The notes under the pieces are model-generated. The model was not told the DNA's origin. It made no database searches and was given only the letters and a program-made list of their open reading frames with translations. A DNA stretch of 64,000 nucleotides from Chiloscyllium plagiosum. Its lineage: Eukaryota. Positions 39,941 to 51,690 of the stretch are shown one piece after another (positions within the stretch are counted from its first letter, which is position 1; each line of letters begins with the position of its first letter). A program made the translations under genes and the position numbers. Location of the stretch: positions 11,734,941 to 11,798,940 of the forward strand of contig NC_057720.1 of NCBI RefSeq assembly GCF_004010195.1, given 5' to 3'.

Positions 39941-41329
39941 TCTTTCAAATTTAACAGCTTCCCTAAATTATGTTTTAATGTTTCTATGGAATGCAACGCC
40001 AATATTGCATCAAGAGGAAAATGCCTCCCCATGCCCTCCAATCTGCACCATGGGCCTCTCTTACTGACCCACACCTTCTCATCTCAAACCTTGGGTTTGC
40101 AGCCTTCCTCCCTCATTATTTCATTAAAGCAAGAAATTATCTGGAAGTGTGTCACTGGGCAATTGTACCAGATGTCTGAAATAAAAGCAACCTTTGCATT
40201 ACCACATCAACTTGAGTGTTTATTTGAACAACCCGTAATATAATCAAATTTCACTGATTAAGCTCTCCTGCCAATCTGCGTATTGTTTCTTTCTTCAGGT
40301 TATATTTTTCCCTTTTGTTTTTCTTCTTTTACACCCCCCCACACTACCACCAGCCAGGGGTAGTGCTTATTTATTCCTCACCACCCATGTCATGTGTGTG
40401 CAAGTGTAGGGCACAGTGAAGAACAACGAGTACAGAAATCTTTCTTCCTATCCCATTTGAGTATTATGGATATTTGGTAACTTTCAGCCAAATATTTATA
40501 GCAGTGAAAGGACAGGAAAGCTGGAATAATCCACTGCATTCTGCATTGCCGGCGTGGAATGCATAAGGGCAGGCATTGCGGGTTGAAAATAGGGTTACAA
40601 CATTAAAATAACTCCGACTGCATCCCTTCTCCGATACCTGTATCAGTATCTGTGTCAATAGGTTCTGTGGGTTGACTCTAGTACGTAGTAATTGAAAGTT
40701 AAAAAGGTAAACACTGCAGCAGCTGGGGAAATAGAGAGCACATAAGGGTTGGGTATTGATCGTTTAATTATATTTTGATGTGTATAAAGTCTTTCTTGAA
40801 ACAGATGGGCTACAAAGGTGCAGGAGATGCATTATTTTCTCGACATTTTGATTTAAAATGTAAGTTTTTTGTTTAAAATTTTGACTTAAGTTACAACGCG
40901 CCTAAGGGACTGTCCCCTTTCTGTTGTCCCTTTGTTTCCATTCTCGCTTACTTTGGCTTTTCCCAAATGAGGACTTGGATGTGTCTGTAAAGAAGAGGCA
41001 GTCTGCAGAGTGGAGGTGTGGATTTTGTGGCAAGCAATAAACATTCCAGTCTCAGTGTATCCTTCACAAATAGGCTTCAGTCTTCTAACCGTCTGCAAAT
41101 CGATAAACCAATTAGGAGTAGACCTAGGACACGCTGATCTGAGAATAACAATAATATTTTATACGCCGGGATTCTTCTGTTTGGAGCAGGGATGTTGGCT
41201 GGGGAGTTTTAATAGAGGAGTTTGAAATTTGCAGTGTTTTTGATAGCAGTTAGCTCAGTTCTCTGAGCAGCTGGTATGTGAGGCCAGCAGCGTGGATTCA
41301 ATTCCTGCACTGGCTGGTGCTGTCATGAA

Positions 41330-41538
41330 TCTGGATTAGTGATGCTGGAAAAGCACAGCAGTTTAGGCAGCATCCAAAGAGCAGTAAAATCAATATTACG
41401 GGCAAAAGCCCTGATGAAGGGCTTTAGCCCGAAATGTCGATTTTGCTGCTCCTCAGATGCTGCCTGAACTGCTGTGCTTTTCCAGCACCACTGATCCAGA
41501 ATCTGGTTTCCAGCATCTGCAGCCATTGTTTTTACCTT
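41330..41538. mobile_element. Fold-back PLE mini-element, family A, nested in a tRNA-derived SINE
   Basis: Inverted arms; + core CTGATGA at 41411-41417; imperfect TSD tgctgt(c/g)atgaa. Confidence 0.75.
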
Positions 41539-41976
41539 GATGCTGTGATGAACATTTCATTCCAACATCTTCCCTTTCCCTGACCCATGGTGATCATTGG
41601 GTTAAACCACCATCAATTGTCTGTTTCTAATGAGAGAGGTTGGGTAAGACTATGATGACTTCACCTTTATCGTTAAAGATATGAGATCGGTCCCACTGGC
41701 CAGACAGAGGGCTCTGGCTTAATTATAGGCATTGGGAATGGAAGCAAAGGGAAATTTAAGAGTTTTGTATTTCTAAGTAGCAAACTGTGATCTGAAAGGC
41801 ACAGCCTGAAGCATAGAAGCAGATTGCACAGAAACTTCCAAGAAGGAGTTGGATGTATACATGATGAAGAAAAAGATTGCTGGCTATGGGAAGGAGGAAG
41901 ATTGGGTTACTTCAGTGCATTCTATTTTGCCAATGTAGAATCCATGGGGGCTGATGGAGGATAGGGTTACAACCTC

Positions 41977-42332
41977 ATAGAAACCCTGCAGTGCAGAAAG
42001 AGGCCATTCAACCTATTGAGTCCACAGTGACCCTCCAAAGATCATCCCAACCAGACATACCCACCTATTCTGTCCTTGCAACCATGCATTTCCCAGGGCT
42101 AATCCACCTAACTAACACATCCCTGGACACTGTGGAGCAATTTAGCATGGCCAATCCACCTAAGCTGCACATCTTTGGACTGTGTGAGGAAACCGGAATA
42201 CCCAGAGGAAACCCAGGCAGACATGGGGCAAATGTGCAAAATCCACACAGCCAGTCACCCGAGGGTGGAATCAAACCAGGGTTCCTGGTGCTGTGAGGCA
42301 GCAGTGCTAACCACGTAGCCACTGTGCTGCCC
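41977..42332 (-). mobile_element. HE1-like V-SINE
   Basis: SINE motifs. Confidence 0.82.
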
Positions 42333-42485
42333 AGATTGGTTCTGTTGGTTGGCTGATTTTCTTTTTCAGGGGAGTGGAACTAATTGGAGAGTTTATTCAA
42401 AAAGCTGGAACTCGCACAAGGAGCTGAATGGCCTCCATCTGTCCTACACAAACTCTTTAAAGAGTGGCAGGTCAGCAGAATGTTA

Positions 42486-42605
42486 ATAGCTGGGTTATTG
42501 ATGATATCAACTGGGTTACTGATGATATCAACTGGGTTACTAATGATATTAATTGGGTTATTAATGATATTACCTGGGTTACTAATGTTATTAACTAGGT
42601 TACTA
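42486..42605 (+). repeat. 21-bp minisatellite (actgggttactgatgatatca)n, 5-6 copies
   Basis: Directly visible; explains the periodic ORFs 42380/42384. Confidence 0.85.
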
Positions 42606-44015
42606 AGCTCCCTGGGAACAAGCAGCCCTAACGTCTTTTCAGTGTCTTTCCTCTTCCTTTCTGTAGATGCAAGAAAGGCTGTCACTTCTCAGAGTGCATC
42701 CATTTCTGCTTTTCCTCTCCATGTTGCAGACTCAGACCCAGTTTGATATTTCTCTCTCTGGGAACTGGAGCAACATTAATGCAGGATCTGGCACTGGGAC
42801 AGAGAAGCATGTCTCCTCCTTGTTCTTGCATTACACTGTTCCAGTTATCTCCCAAAATAAAAATGTTCAAATAGAAGTCACCTAAAGGATATGCAAGGAT
42901 CATATAAGGAGGGGAAGAAAGAGAATTATTATAATTGATAGACCATTGGGACAGGTGTTTTATACACTCGCTGTTGAGTCCTGTGATAAAACACAGGTAC
43001 TGAGTCCAAAAATGGGGAAGTAATTCTCAACCTTTAGAAAGCTCTGTTTGGGAGTGATTGAGTCATAGAATCATTAGCACAGAAACAGACCCTTCCTGTC
43101 CAACAGGTCCATGCTGACCAGATATCCTAATCTAGTCCCATTTGCCAGAACTTGGCCCACATCCCCCTTCCTATTCATCTACCCTTCCTGATGTCTTCTA
43201 AATTTGTCTCTAATTCCAGTCACCATACTTCTAGCAAGGATGTGATGGTCCTTGAAGCTGTGGAGGAGGTTCACTAGAATGGGCCCAGGGTTGAGGGAAT
43301 TTTCACTACAAAGTTAAGTTGGAGAAGCTAGAATTATTCTCCAGTGGAGACTGGGGTGTATGAGATGATGACAGGTTTAGACAAGATAGACACAAGAAAG
43401 CTGTTCCCCTGAGACCCTAATTGAGGTGTTATTGAAGTGATGTGGAGTGAGGTATGAGGAAGAGCCTTTTTTTGTGCAGAAAGTGGTAGTCGCTCAGAGT
43501 CACTGCTGAGGGTTAGTAGAGGAAATGACCAGAGAGTTTTGTTTTTCCTGCAAAACCAAATTGAACAGAAACTTGAGCAAACATAGAAACAGAGCTGAAA
43601 ATGTGTTGCTGGAAAAGCGCAGCAGGTCTGGCAGCATCCAAGGAACGGGAGAATCGATGTTTCGGGCATAAGCCCTTCTTCAGAAACATACAAGACAGGA
43701 GCAGGAGGAGGCCATTCAGCCCTTTGAGCCTGCTCCTCCATTTGCCATGATCGTGGCTGATTGTCCAACTCAGTAGTCTAATCCTGCTTTCTCCCCATAA
43801 CCTTTGACCCCATTCACCCCAAAATAAGCATACAGGGCACAAGTAGGGTGATGGGACTGCTTGCCCTAGGGAGTGCTGATCAGAGGGCTAGCATTGATGG
43901 GGCGAATGGCCTGTATAGTAAGGGTCCTCTCACCACAGCTGGCAAACATTTGCCGGGGTACAGCCCAATGTCACTGGTGAAAATTCAATGGCACCTTCTC
44001 TTTCCTTCTCTGTAG

Positions 44016-44202
44016 AGCCTGCTCTCAGGGCTAATGTACTACAGACCCGACGACCCTGTTGACTACTTGGACAGCTGCCTGAGGAAAGTGAAGGAGCTGG
44101 GAGGATCCAACAGAGTGCAGTGGGACACCTTTCTGGCCCAGGAGAAGAGGACTTTGCCTCCTCTGTACGGTTGCCAGAGCAGAAGATCACTCTTTAAGAA
44201 CG
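44016..44202 (+). CDS. AK5: AK5 coding exon 2 (SLLSGLMYYRPDDPVDYLDSCLRKVKELGG...SRRSLFKN)
   Basis: Polypyrimidine tract + tgtag acceptor; 187 nt; donor G|gtaag (phase 1). Continues the Dpy-30/RIIa-like dimerisation-docking region. Confidence 0.95.
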
Positions 44203-44894
44203 GTAAGGGGGTCTGCTACTTCCACACTACCCACTTCCAGGAGTGTGAAAGTATCACGTTCAATTTACTTGGGATTTGGCGACTTCCCCAGAGAGGAGGA
44301 TGGGACAGCTCATTTATAAAAGTATCATTCAAATCTGTGTACCCCTCTTGTGTCAGTAATGATGCATTGGGATACCATCTCCCTGCTCAAGTGTTCAGGC
44401 TGCAGTCCAGGGACCTCAGCCTCATAATCCAGGGTGGAGAGTTCTGTGCAGTGCTGAAGGGGCAATGCCCTCTCAAAGATGCTGCCTTATGGAAAAACTG
44501 TCCTCGTGCACCCTTCTGGAGACATTAAAAGCCATACCTGTTTAACCCACTCTCTGAAGAACAAAGAATTCCCATTGTCTGGCTTGTGTTCAAGGTTCTA
44601 GAGTGGGGTTTGATCCCACAGCCCCCTCAATCAGGCAAAGCTACATCAACAGAGTGAAGCTGACACACCAGAATGATGACATGTTAGAACGCGAACAAAA
44701 ACAAGATTCATCAAAGGTCACAATCGAACACATCAGAGAGCTTTCTGAATGTTAGCTCCATCTTCATGTGTTTGAAAGGGGGAGGAAAGAGATCAAAGAG
44801 CTGAAAGGATTATTAAATGTCAGAAACCTGATTAATTGACTGATAAAGACGTACAGACGTATTCCTGTGTCTATTCCTGCTGTTCTGCTTGCAG

Positions 44895-45062
44895 TTCTGC
44901 CCGACACTCCCAGCTTTTCTTATCGACGCTATGACCGACTGCCTCCCATCCATCAGTTCTCCATCGAGAGTGACACCGACCTGTGTGAAACTGCTGAGCT
45001 CATCGAGGAGTACACAGTGTTCGACCCAAGCAAACCCCGCCCTTGGATCATACTGCTCATAG
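44895..45062 (+). CDS. AK5: AK5 coding exon 3 (VLPDTPSFSYRRYDRLPPIHQFSIESDTDLCETAELIEEY...WIILLI)
   Basis: ttgcag acceptor; 168 nt; G|gtaac donor (phase 1). Contains the AK5-typical YRRYDRLPPIHQFSIESDTD motif. Confidence 0.95.
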   Translation, partial: FCPTLPAFLIDAMTDCLPSISSPSRVTPTCVKLLSSSRSTQCSTQANPALGSYCS

Positions 45063-46114
45063 GTAACGCTGGGGAGTTATCAGATCATGGGGGGTGAAAG
45101 GGGAGCTGGCTGTCTAATGGTAATGTCACTAAACACCCAGATGCCCTGACTAATGCTCTGGGGTCAGAAGTTCACAAGATAGTCAGGTCTAAATTTCATT
45201 AATAAATCTGGAATGAAAAAGCTACTTTCAGTAATGGTGGCAAGTAGTGTGAAAATCTGTCTCATTCACTAGTGTCCTTTAAGGTTGGAGATCTGCCATT
45301 CTTACCCAATCTAACCTGCATGTGACTCCAGACCCACAGCAACATGGCTGACTCTTTACTGCCCTTTGTTATGGTCCCAGCCAGAGCCTCAGATACATCA
45401 GAGCCCTCCAAAACAACGTAAAGGAATGAGACGACAATGGGGTCCACCCTCCCCAGAGACTGCGGCAGTTCATGAGGGTGGCTCACCACCAAGTTCTATA
45501 GCATTCATTCATGGGATGAGGACATCAATGGCCAGACCAGCATTTATTGCCCAGAGGGCAGTTAAGAGTCAACCACATTGCTGTGGGTCTGGAGGCCAGG
45601 TAAGGATGACCGATCTCCTTCCCGATAAATATTAGTGAACTGGATAGTGCTTTATTTCCACTGATAATCAATTCCTGGTCATCATTAGACATTTAATTTC
45701 AGATTTTTAACGAATATAAATTCCACTATTGGACATGAACCCAGGTCCCTGGAATATTACCTAGGTCTATGGATTAACAGTGTGTGATAATACCACTGGA
45801 CCATCACCTCCCCATGGGGAGTAAGTCCTAGCTAGCAGCACTCATATCCCACATGTAACAACTACACCAGTTATGCCTTCAGTGCACTCCATGAACTGTC
45901 AGTTTCAAAACTTTGTTTAGTTTACTTTTTTGTTTTATCTTTTGAGTATTTCCATTTATAATTAACCAGCTGCAAAGCTTTTGTTTTAAACAAGATGAAG
46001 ATTGATTTATTGTGAAAATTTACTGTAAATTATTCAATTAAAAAGTGATATCATTAATACCTAAAATGCAGATACAAAAATTAAAAGTAGATCCTGATAA
46101 AAGATACTAATTAA

Positions 46115-47240
46115 TGTAGTGATTGTAATGAGGTCAGCCAGGTCGATCTCAGAATATGAGTTCCCTGGCTGGGGCTGTTAACCTGGTCCAGTCAGGGAGC
46201 CCTGGCTGACAGATAGAAACAGGAGTGTCGGAGGTTCTGTTCACTGTAGCAGCAGGCTCTGAGCTTGCTGGAAGAGTATCATGTACAGGGGAACCTCGAT
46301 TATCCGAACGTGATGGGTGGACACTATTTTGTTTGGATAATCGATTATCCGCTTAATTGATCAAATGCCTTTCCTCTGGGGCTCGGAGTTTTTAAAGTCT
46401 GCTCCTCGTTCAGGAGACTGCAACAGGATACCGTGCAGGAGGTCCCGGCCCTTCCCCCAACCCCTCCCCCCCCCCCCACGCTCCCAGCTCCCAACACCCC
46501 TGCTCCCAACACTGACCCCGTCCCCAACAGCCCTCCCCACAACCCCATAACCCCATCCAACACNNNNNNNNCGTCTCCAACCCTGTCCAACACGGATCCG
46601 ACCCCAACACCATGCAACACCGCCCCACTGCTCCTGACCCCATGCAACACCTGCCCCGCTCCCAATCCTGTCCAACAGTGCCCCCACACCCAACACCGTG
46701 CAACACTGCCCTTGCCCCCGCCCTCAACCCCAACCAACACAGCCACCTGCCTGTCCCCCTATCCCATAGACAATCGCCCCCTCTCCAGTGCAGCTAGACT
46801 GGACGCCAACAACTAGACTGCTGGAGTTGCCTTTGTGGGGGAAGTCTCCAAATAGCGCGCACACACACCTGTTTACTGCAACTGTTTGACAGGTTCCACC
46901 TTTGCCTTGTACAGGACAATGTTGGAGAGATTATCTGGGGAAGGGGAGTGGGGTTAGGGTACACCCCTGTGTAGAACTCCAGTGTAAGTGTGGGGAGAGA
47001 GCGAGGGTGAGCAGACAGTCATTTGGAGACCATGCCTGTTTAATCACTGTACACAAAAGATGCGATCACTGTTGGAAACACATCTTTGACGTAACGTTTC
47101 CATCGGGACCTCAAGATCTCCTTCGGATAATCCGATTTTTGGATAATTGGTATTCGGATAATCGAGTTTCCTCGGCACTATGAATGTGTAAATAAAGGGT
47201 GACTTGGTGACGGAATACCAACCTTCCTGAAGTTATTTCA
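46115..47240 (+). mobile_element. Solo LTR (TG...CA, AATAAA near the 3' end, 5-bp TSD ATTAA) split by a DNA-transposon MITE
   Basis: attaa|TGTAGTG at 46110-46121; TTATTTCA|attaa at 47233-47245; aataaa at ~47191. Confidence 0.7.
46286..47175. mobile_element. Tigger/pogo-like (Tc1-mariner) non-autonomous element with C-rich interior
   Basis: ta|CAGGGGAACCTCGATTATCCGAA ... TTCGGATAATCGAGTTTCCTCGG|ca; subterminal ggataat repeats; no transposase ORF. Confidence 0.7.
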
Positions 47241-48032
47241 ATTAACATGGAATCTGTTAGCAGTGCAGGCCTGTTATTTGTTTGAAGAGTCTATTTCTGA
47301 GGGAGAGGGGTAAAAAAACTTCAGCAGCTGTGTGGTTTCTACAGCTCAATAGTTGAAGATTTTTCGATAAGTGTACTGAGCAGAACAGGCTCTGGAACAG
47401 AACAAAGACTAACTTATTTTGCTTGAATGGCTCTGAAGTTTGTATAGTGACAGCAGAGTATTAAAGCTTTAAAAACAAGATTTTTTCATAGCTTTCTGCT
47501 TTATTAAAAAAACTAATTTCATTATGTCATTAAAACACCATTCATCAAGTCCCTTTAAACTACAAATAGCAGAAACTGTTAGCACTTGAAACTCTTTTTC
47601 CTGTATAAATAAAGATTGTGAGTTTGAACAGCCAGCGTTGTCAATGAAAAGTTGTTTTCCTTGGGGTGCAGCTAGCCCCACAGTCTAGTGGATGTCTGTG
47701 TTCTCAGTCAAGAATAATTAACGCGGTTTATTTCCCTTCAAATGCTCATCCAGTTTCATTTTGATGAAATAGACCGTCTTCACGTCCAGCATCCTCATGG
47801 GAAAAGCTCTGGTTCATTAACACTCAATCACTACAGTAGAAAATTCTTCTTTAAACCCTTCATACATCATTTGCTCAAAGCTGTAAAATTGTGCTCCCTC
47901 GTCTTTGTATCATTGGATAATGGGTACATTCTTTATCTAAATCTGTCATAGTCTTGTGCCCCTCTGTCAGAACACCCTTAAACTCCTTGCTCCAAGAGGA
48001 AACCACAATGTTTCTAACTTCATGTTAGAAGG

Positions 48033-48270
48033 ATAGAATCCCTACAGCGTGGAAGCAGGCCATTCAGTCCATTGAGTCCACTCTGACCCTCTGAAGAGCA
48101 TCCTACCCAGACCCACTGGCTGGACTGTAGGAGGAGGCCAGAGCACCCAGAAGAAACCCACACAGATACAGGGAGAACGTGCACATTCCACACACATGGT
48201 CACCCAAGGCTGGAATCTAACCCAGGTCCCTATGAGGCAGCAGTGCTGACCACTGAACCACCATGTCACC
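48033..48270 (-). mobile_element. HE1-like V-SINE (internally deleted)
   Basis: SINE head and tail motifs. Confidence 0.8.
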
Positions 48271-48536
48271 CTGCTGTCAAATAGTTAAAACATCCCCATC
48301 CCCTGGTTTGCTCGCTGTGCTGGAAGGTTTGGTTTCAGATGTTTCATCATCATTTTAGGTAACATCATCAGTGAGCCTCCGGATAAAGCACTGATGGTCT
48401 TGATCTGTCACTATCTCAGGACCAACTGGGTAAAGATCTGGTTAGACTATAAGTAGAATATTGTATCTACTTTTTGACACTAGACTTTTGGAAAGATAGG
48501 AGATGCTGAGGAGATTTTGCAATGGGGGTGGGGATA

Positions 48537-50113
48537 GCAAGTTTTGAGAAGATTTGTAGCTCAGGTTGAGATTCTGGATGTAGGTTTTGCTCACTGAGAT
48601 GGATGGTTCGGTTTCAGACATTTCAATACCTAGTATGGTGATGAAATGTCTGAAACATCATCAGTGAGCCTCCAGATGAAGCACTGGTGGTATGGTCAGC
48701 TTTTTATTTGTGTTTAGGTTTCCTTGGGTTGGTGATGTCATTTCCTGTGGTGATGATATTTCCTGTTCTTTTTCTAAGGGGGTGGTAAATGGGATCCAAG
48801 TCGATGTGTTTGTTGATAGAGTTCCGGTTGGAATGCCATGCGTCGAGGAATTCTTGTGCGTGTGTCTGTTTGGCTTGTCCTAGGATGGATGTGTTGTCCC
48901 AGTCCAAGTGGTGTCCTTCCTCATCTGTATGTAAAGGTACTAGTGAAAGAGGGTCATGTCTTTCTGTAGCTAGTTGATGTTCATGTATCCTGGTGGCTAG
49001 CTTTCTGCCTGTTTGTCCAATGTAGTGTTTGTTACAGTTCTTCCACGGTTTTTGTAAATAACGCATTTTGTTTGCTTGTTTGGGTGTGTTGCTGAGAATT
49101 CAGCAGGCTGTGTTCATTGGGTACCCGTTCTTTTTGAATATACTGTATAGTTGATTTTTCTCTGCTCTTCATAGTTTTTCTGTGTTACAATGTGTGGTGG
49201 CTTATTGAAATAATGTTCCAATGCAGCTTAGTTTGAATTTTGGTTTCTGTAGTTGAGAACACAGTGATGGAAAAGTACATCAGGTCAGGCAACATCCAAG
49301 GACCTGGAGAATCAACGTTTCAGGTATAAGTCCTTCATCAGGAACCTCCATGATTGCTTCTGTAGTTCAGCATTTGGCCAGTATGTATTGTTTTTCTGTA
49401 GATGCTGGTTTGAAATTCCCCAAACCACGTCCAGAAACCCAAGCCACTCTCCCCTACATCAAAGACATCTCGGAAATGACTGCCAGACTACTCAGACCCC
49501 TTGGCATCATGGTAGCATAGAAACCCACCAACACACTAAAACAGCAGCTAATGAACTTGAAGGAACCTATACAGACAACAAGTAAAACTAATGTCATTTA
49601 CAAAATACCTTGCAAGAACTGTAATAAACACTACGTTGGATAAACAGGCAGAAAGCTAGCCACCAGGATATATGAACATCAACTAGCTACAGAAAGACAT
49701 GACCCATTTTCACTAGTACCTTTACATACAGATGAGGAAGGACACCACTTGGACTGGGACAACACTTCCATCCTAGGACAAGCCCAAGAGAGACACGCAC
49801 AAGAATTCCTCGAAACATGGCATTCCAACCGGAACTCTATCAACAAACACATTGACTTCGATCCCAATTACCACCTCCTGAGAAAAAGAACAGGAAATGA
49901 CATCACCACAGGAAATGATGTCACCAACGCAAGGAATCCTAAACACATAAATAAAAAGTGGGCCATACCACCAATGCTTCATCTGGAGGCTCAATGACAA
50001 TGTTTCAGACATTTCGTCATCATACTAGGTAACAAAACCGAACCTTCCAGCTCAGCGAGCAAACCTACATCCACAACCTCAACCTGAGCTGTAAATCTTC
50101 TCCAAACTTGCTA
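48537..50113. mobile_element. Penelope/Poseidon-type PLE remnants in inverted arrangement (RT thumb + GIY-YIG), with an extra pLTR piece at ~48303-48397
   Basis: + arm: TLPYIKDISE...NVIYKIPCKNCNKHYVG*TGRKLATRIYEH...WHS. - arm: HYIGQTGRKLATRIHEH, YRKT.HT..L.Y.SNH, FKKNGYP. Confidence 0.88.
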
Positions 50114-50299
50114 TCCCCATCCTCATTGTAAAATCTCCTCAGCATCTCCTATCCTTCCTCAAGTCTAGGGTCAAGAAATAGCTACAATATTCCAGTTACA
50201 GTCTAAACAGATCTTTATTCGGTTGTGTGTAGTGACAGATTGAGACCCTATGTAAATGCAATTATTTCTTTGTTAATACACTCATCTGTTGCTGTTCAG

Positions 50300-50472
50300 G
50301 TGGTCCGGGCAGTGGGAAGGGTACTCAGAGCCTGAAGATCGCCAAGCATTATGGATTTGAATACATTTCAGTGGGAGACCTTCTCAGAAAGAAAATGATC
50401 CACAACACAACTTGTAACCGGAAGTGGAGTTTAATTGCCAAAATAATCACCAATGGGGAATTGGCACCTCAG
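50300..50472 (+). CDS. AK5: AK5 coding exon 4 with P-loop (GGPGSGKGTQSLKIAKHYGFEYISVGDLLRKKMIHNTTCNRKWSLIAKIITNGELAPQ)
   Basis: ttcag acceptor; 173 nt; CAG|gtaaa donor (phase 0). Walker A GGPGSGKGT. Translated by hand; not in the ORF track. Confidence 0.95.
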
Positions 50473-50864
50473 GTAAAAGCCTTTATCTAGCCACCAATTC
50501 TCGTGCTTGTATAATTTCTCTTAAGAGTGATTGCAGAGTCCAGTAAATGTAGTTACGTTGTGATACTGCACCAGGAACATCCCATGGGGGAGAAAAGAAT
50601 TCACTACTTATCCAAAATGCAAACCTGAATTTCTATAGCACAATGCTAATCCCAAAGTATTTTACACATAAAAATGTAATTTTAAAGGATAGTCTATCCC
50701 TTTTGCAGTCTAGAGAATGTGGTGACTAATTACAAACAGCAAAATCTCTTAAACAGTCATGTGAGTTTCTGAGGCACTTAATAACCAATTAGCACTCTCT
50801 GCTCATACAGAATCAACTCTTCTTCTCGATGATGGTATTTTTGCATAGTGTCCTAGACTTGTAA

Positions 50865-51690
50865 ATCTCCTACAGTGTGGAAGCAGGCCATTCAGCCCAT
50901 CCGGTCCACACTGATCTTCCAAAAAGCACCCCACCCTATCCCTGCGTTTCCCATTACCAATCCACCTAACCTGAACACCCTTGGACTGTGGGATGAAACC
51001 AGAACACCTGGAGGAAGACCCAGGGAGAATGTGCAAACTCCGCACAGACGGTCACCCAAGGCTGGAATCAAACCTGCGTCCTGGTGCCTTTGGTTACAGT
51101 GCTAGCCTTTCAGCCACCGTGCCATCCTGACGAGCTCAAGCTGAAAAGCTTCAATAACATAGAACATATAACAGTACAGCACAGAACAGGCCCTTCAGCC
51201 CACAATGTTGTGCCGACCATTGATCCTCATGTAAGGTAAACCTAATGTACAAACCCTCAAATTTCTGTGACCATATGCATGTCCAGCAGTCTCTTAAATA
51301 TCCCCAATGACCTCGCTTCCACAACTGCTGCTGGCAACGCATTCCATGCTCTCACAACTCTCTGCGTAAAGAACCCGCCTCTGACACCCCCTCTATACTT
51401 TCCGCCTAACAGCTTAAACCTATGACCCCTCGTGTTAACAGTTTCTGCCCTGGGAAAAAGTCTCTGGCTATCAATTCTATCCATGCTTCTCATTATCTTG
51501 TACACCTCAATTAGGTCCCCTCTCTTCCTCCTTTTTTTCCAATGAAAAAAGTCCGAGCTCAGTCAACCTCTCTTCGTAAGATAAGCCCTCCAGTCCAGGC
51601 AGCATCCTGGTAAACCTCCTCTGAACCCTCTCCAAAGCATCTACATCTTTCCTATAGTAGGGCGACCAGAACTGGACACAGTATTCCACA
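50865..51690 (-). mobile_element. HE1-like SINE (50865-51126) and CR1 3' fragment (51155-51690)
   Basis: Motif recognition. Confidence 0.82.

Noticed and set aside
40480..41160. TE-poor, CpG-containing intronic stretch as an enhancer or alternative first exon
   Set aside because: Only short motif matches (e.g. GGAATG/CATTC); cannot be supported without conservation or expression data.
42380..42746. Periodic hydrophobic or Asn-rich proteins
   Set aside because: Translations of the 21-bp minisatellite; no splice or homology support.
46345..46816. Gly- or Pro-rich ORFs
   Set aside because: C-rich repeat inside the MITE, and it includes a small N gap.
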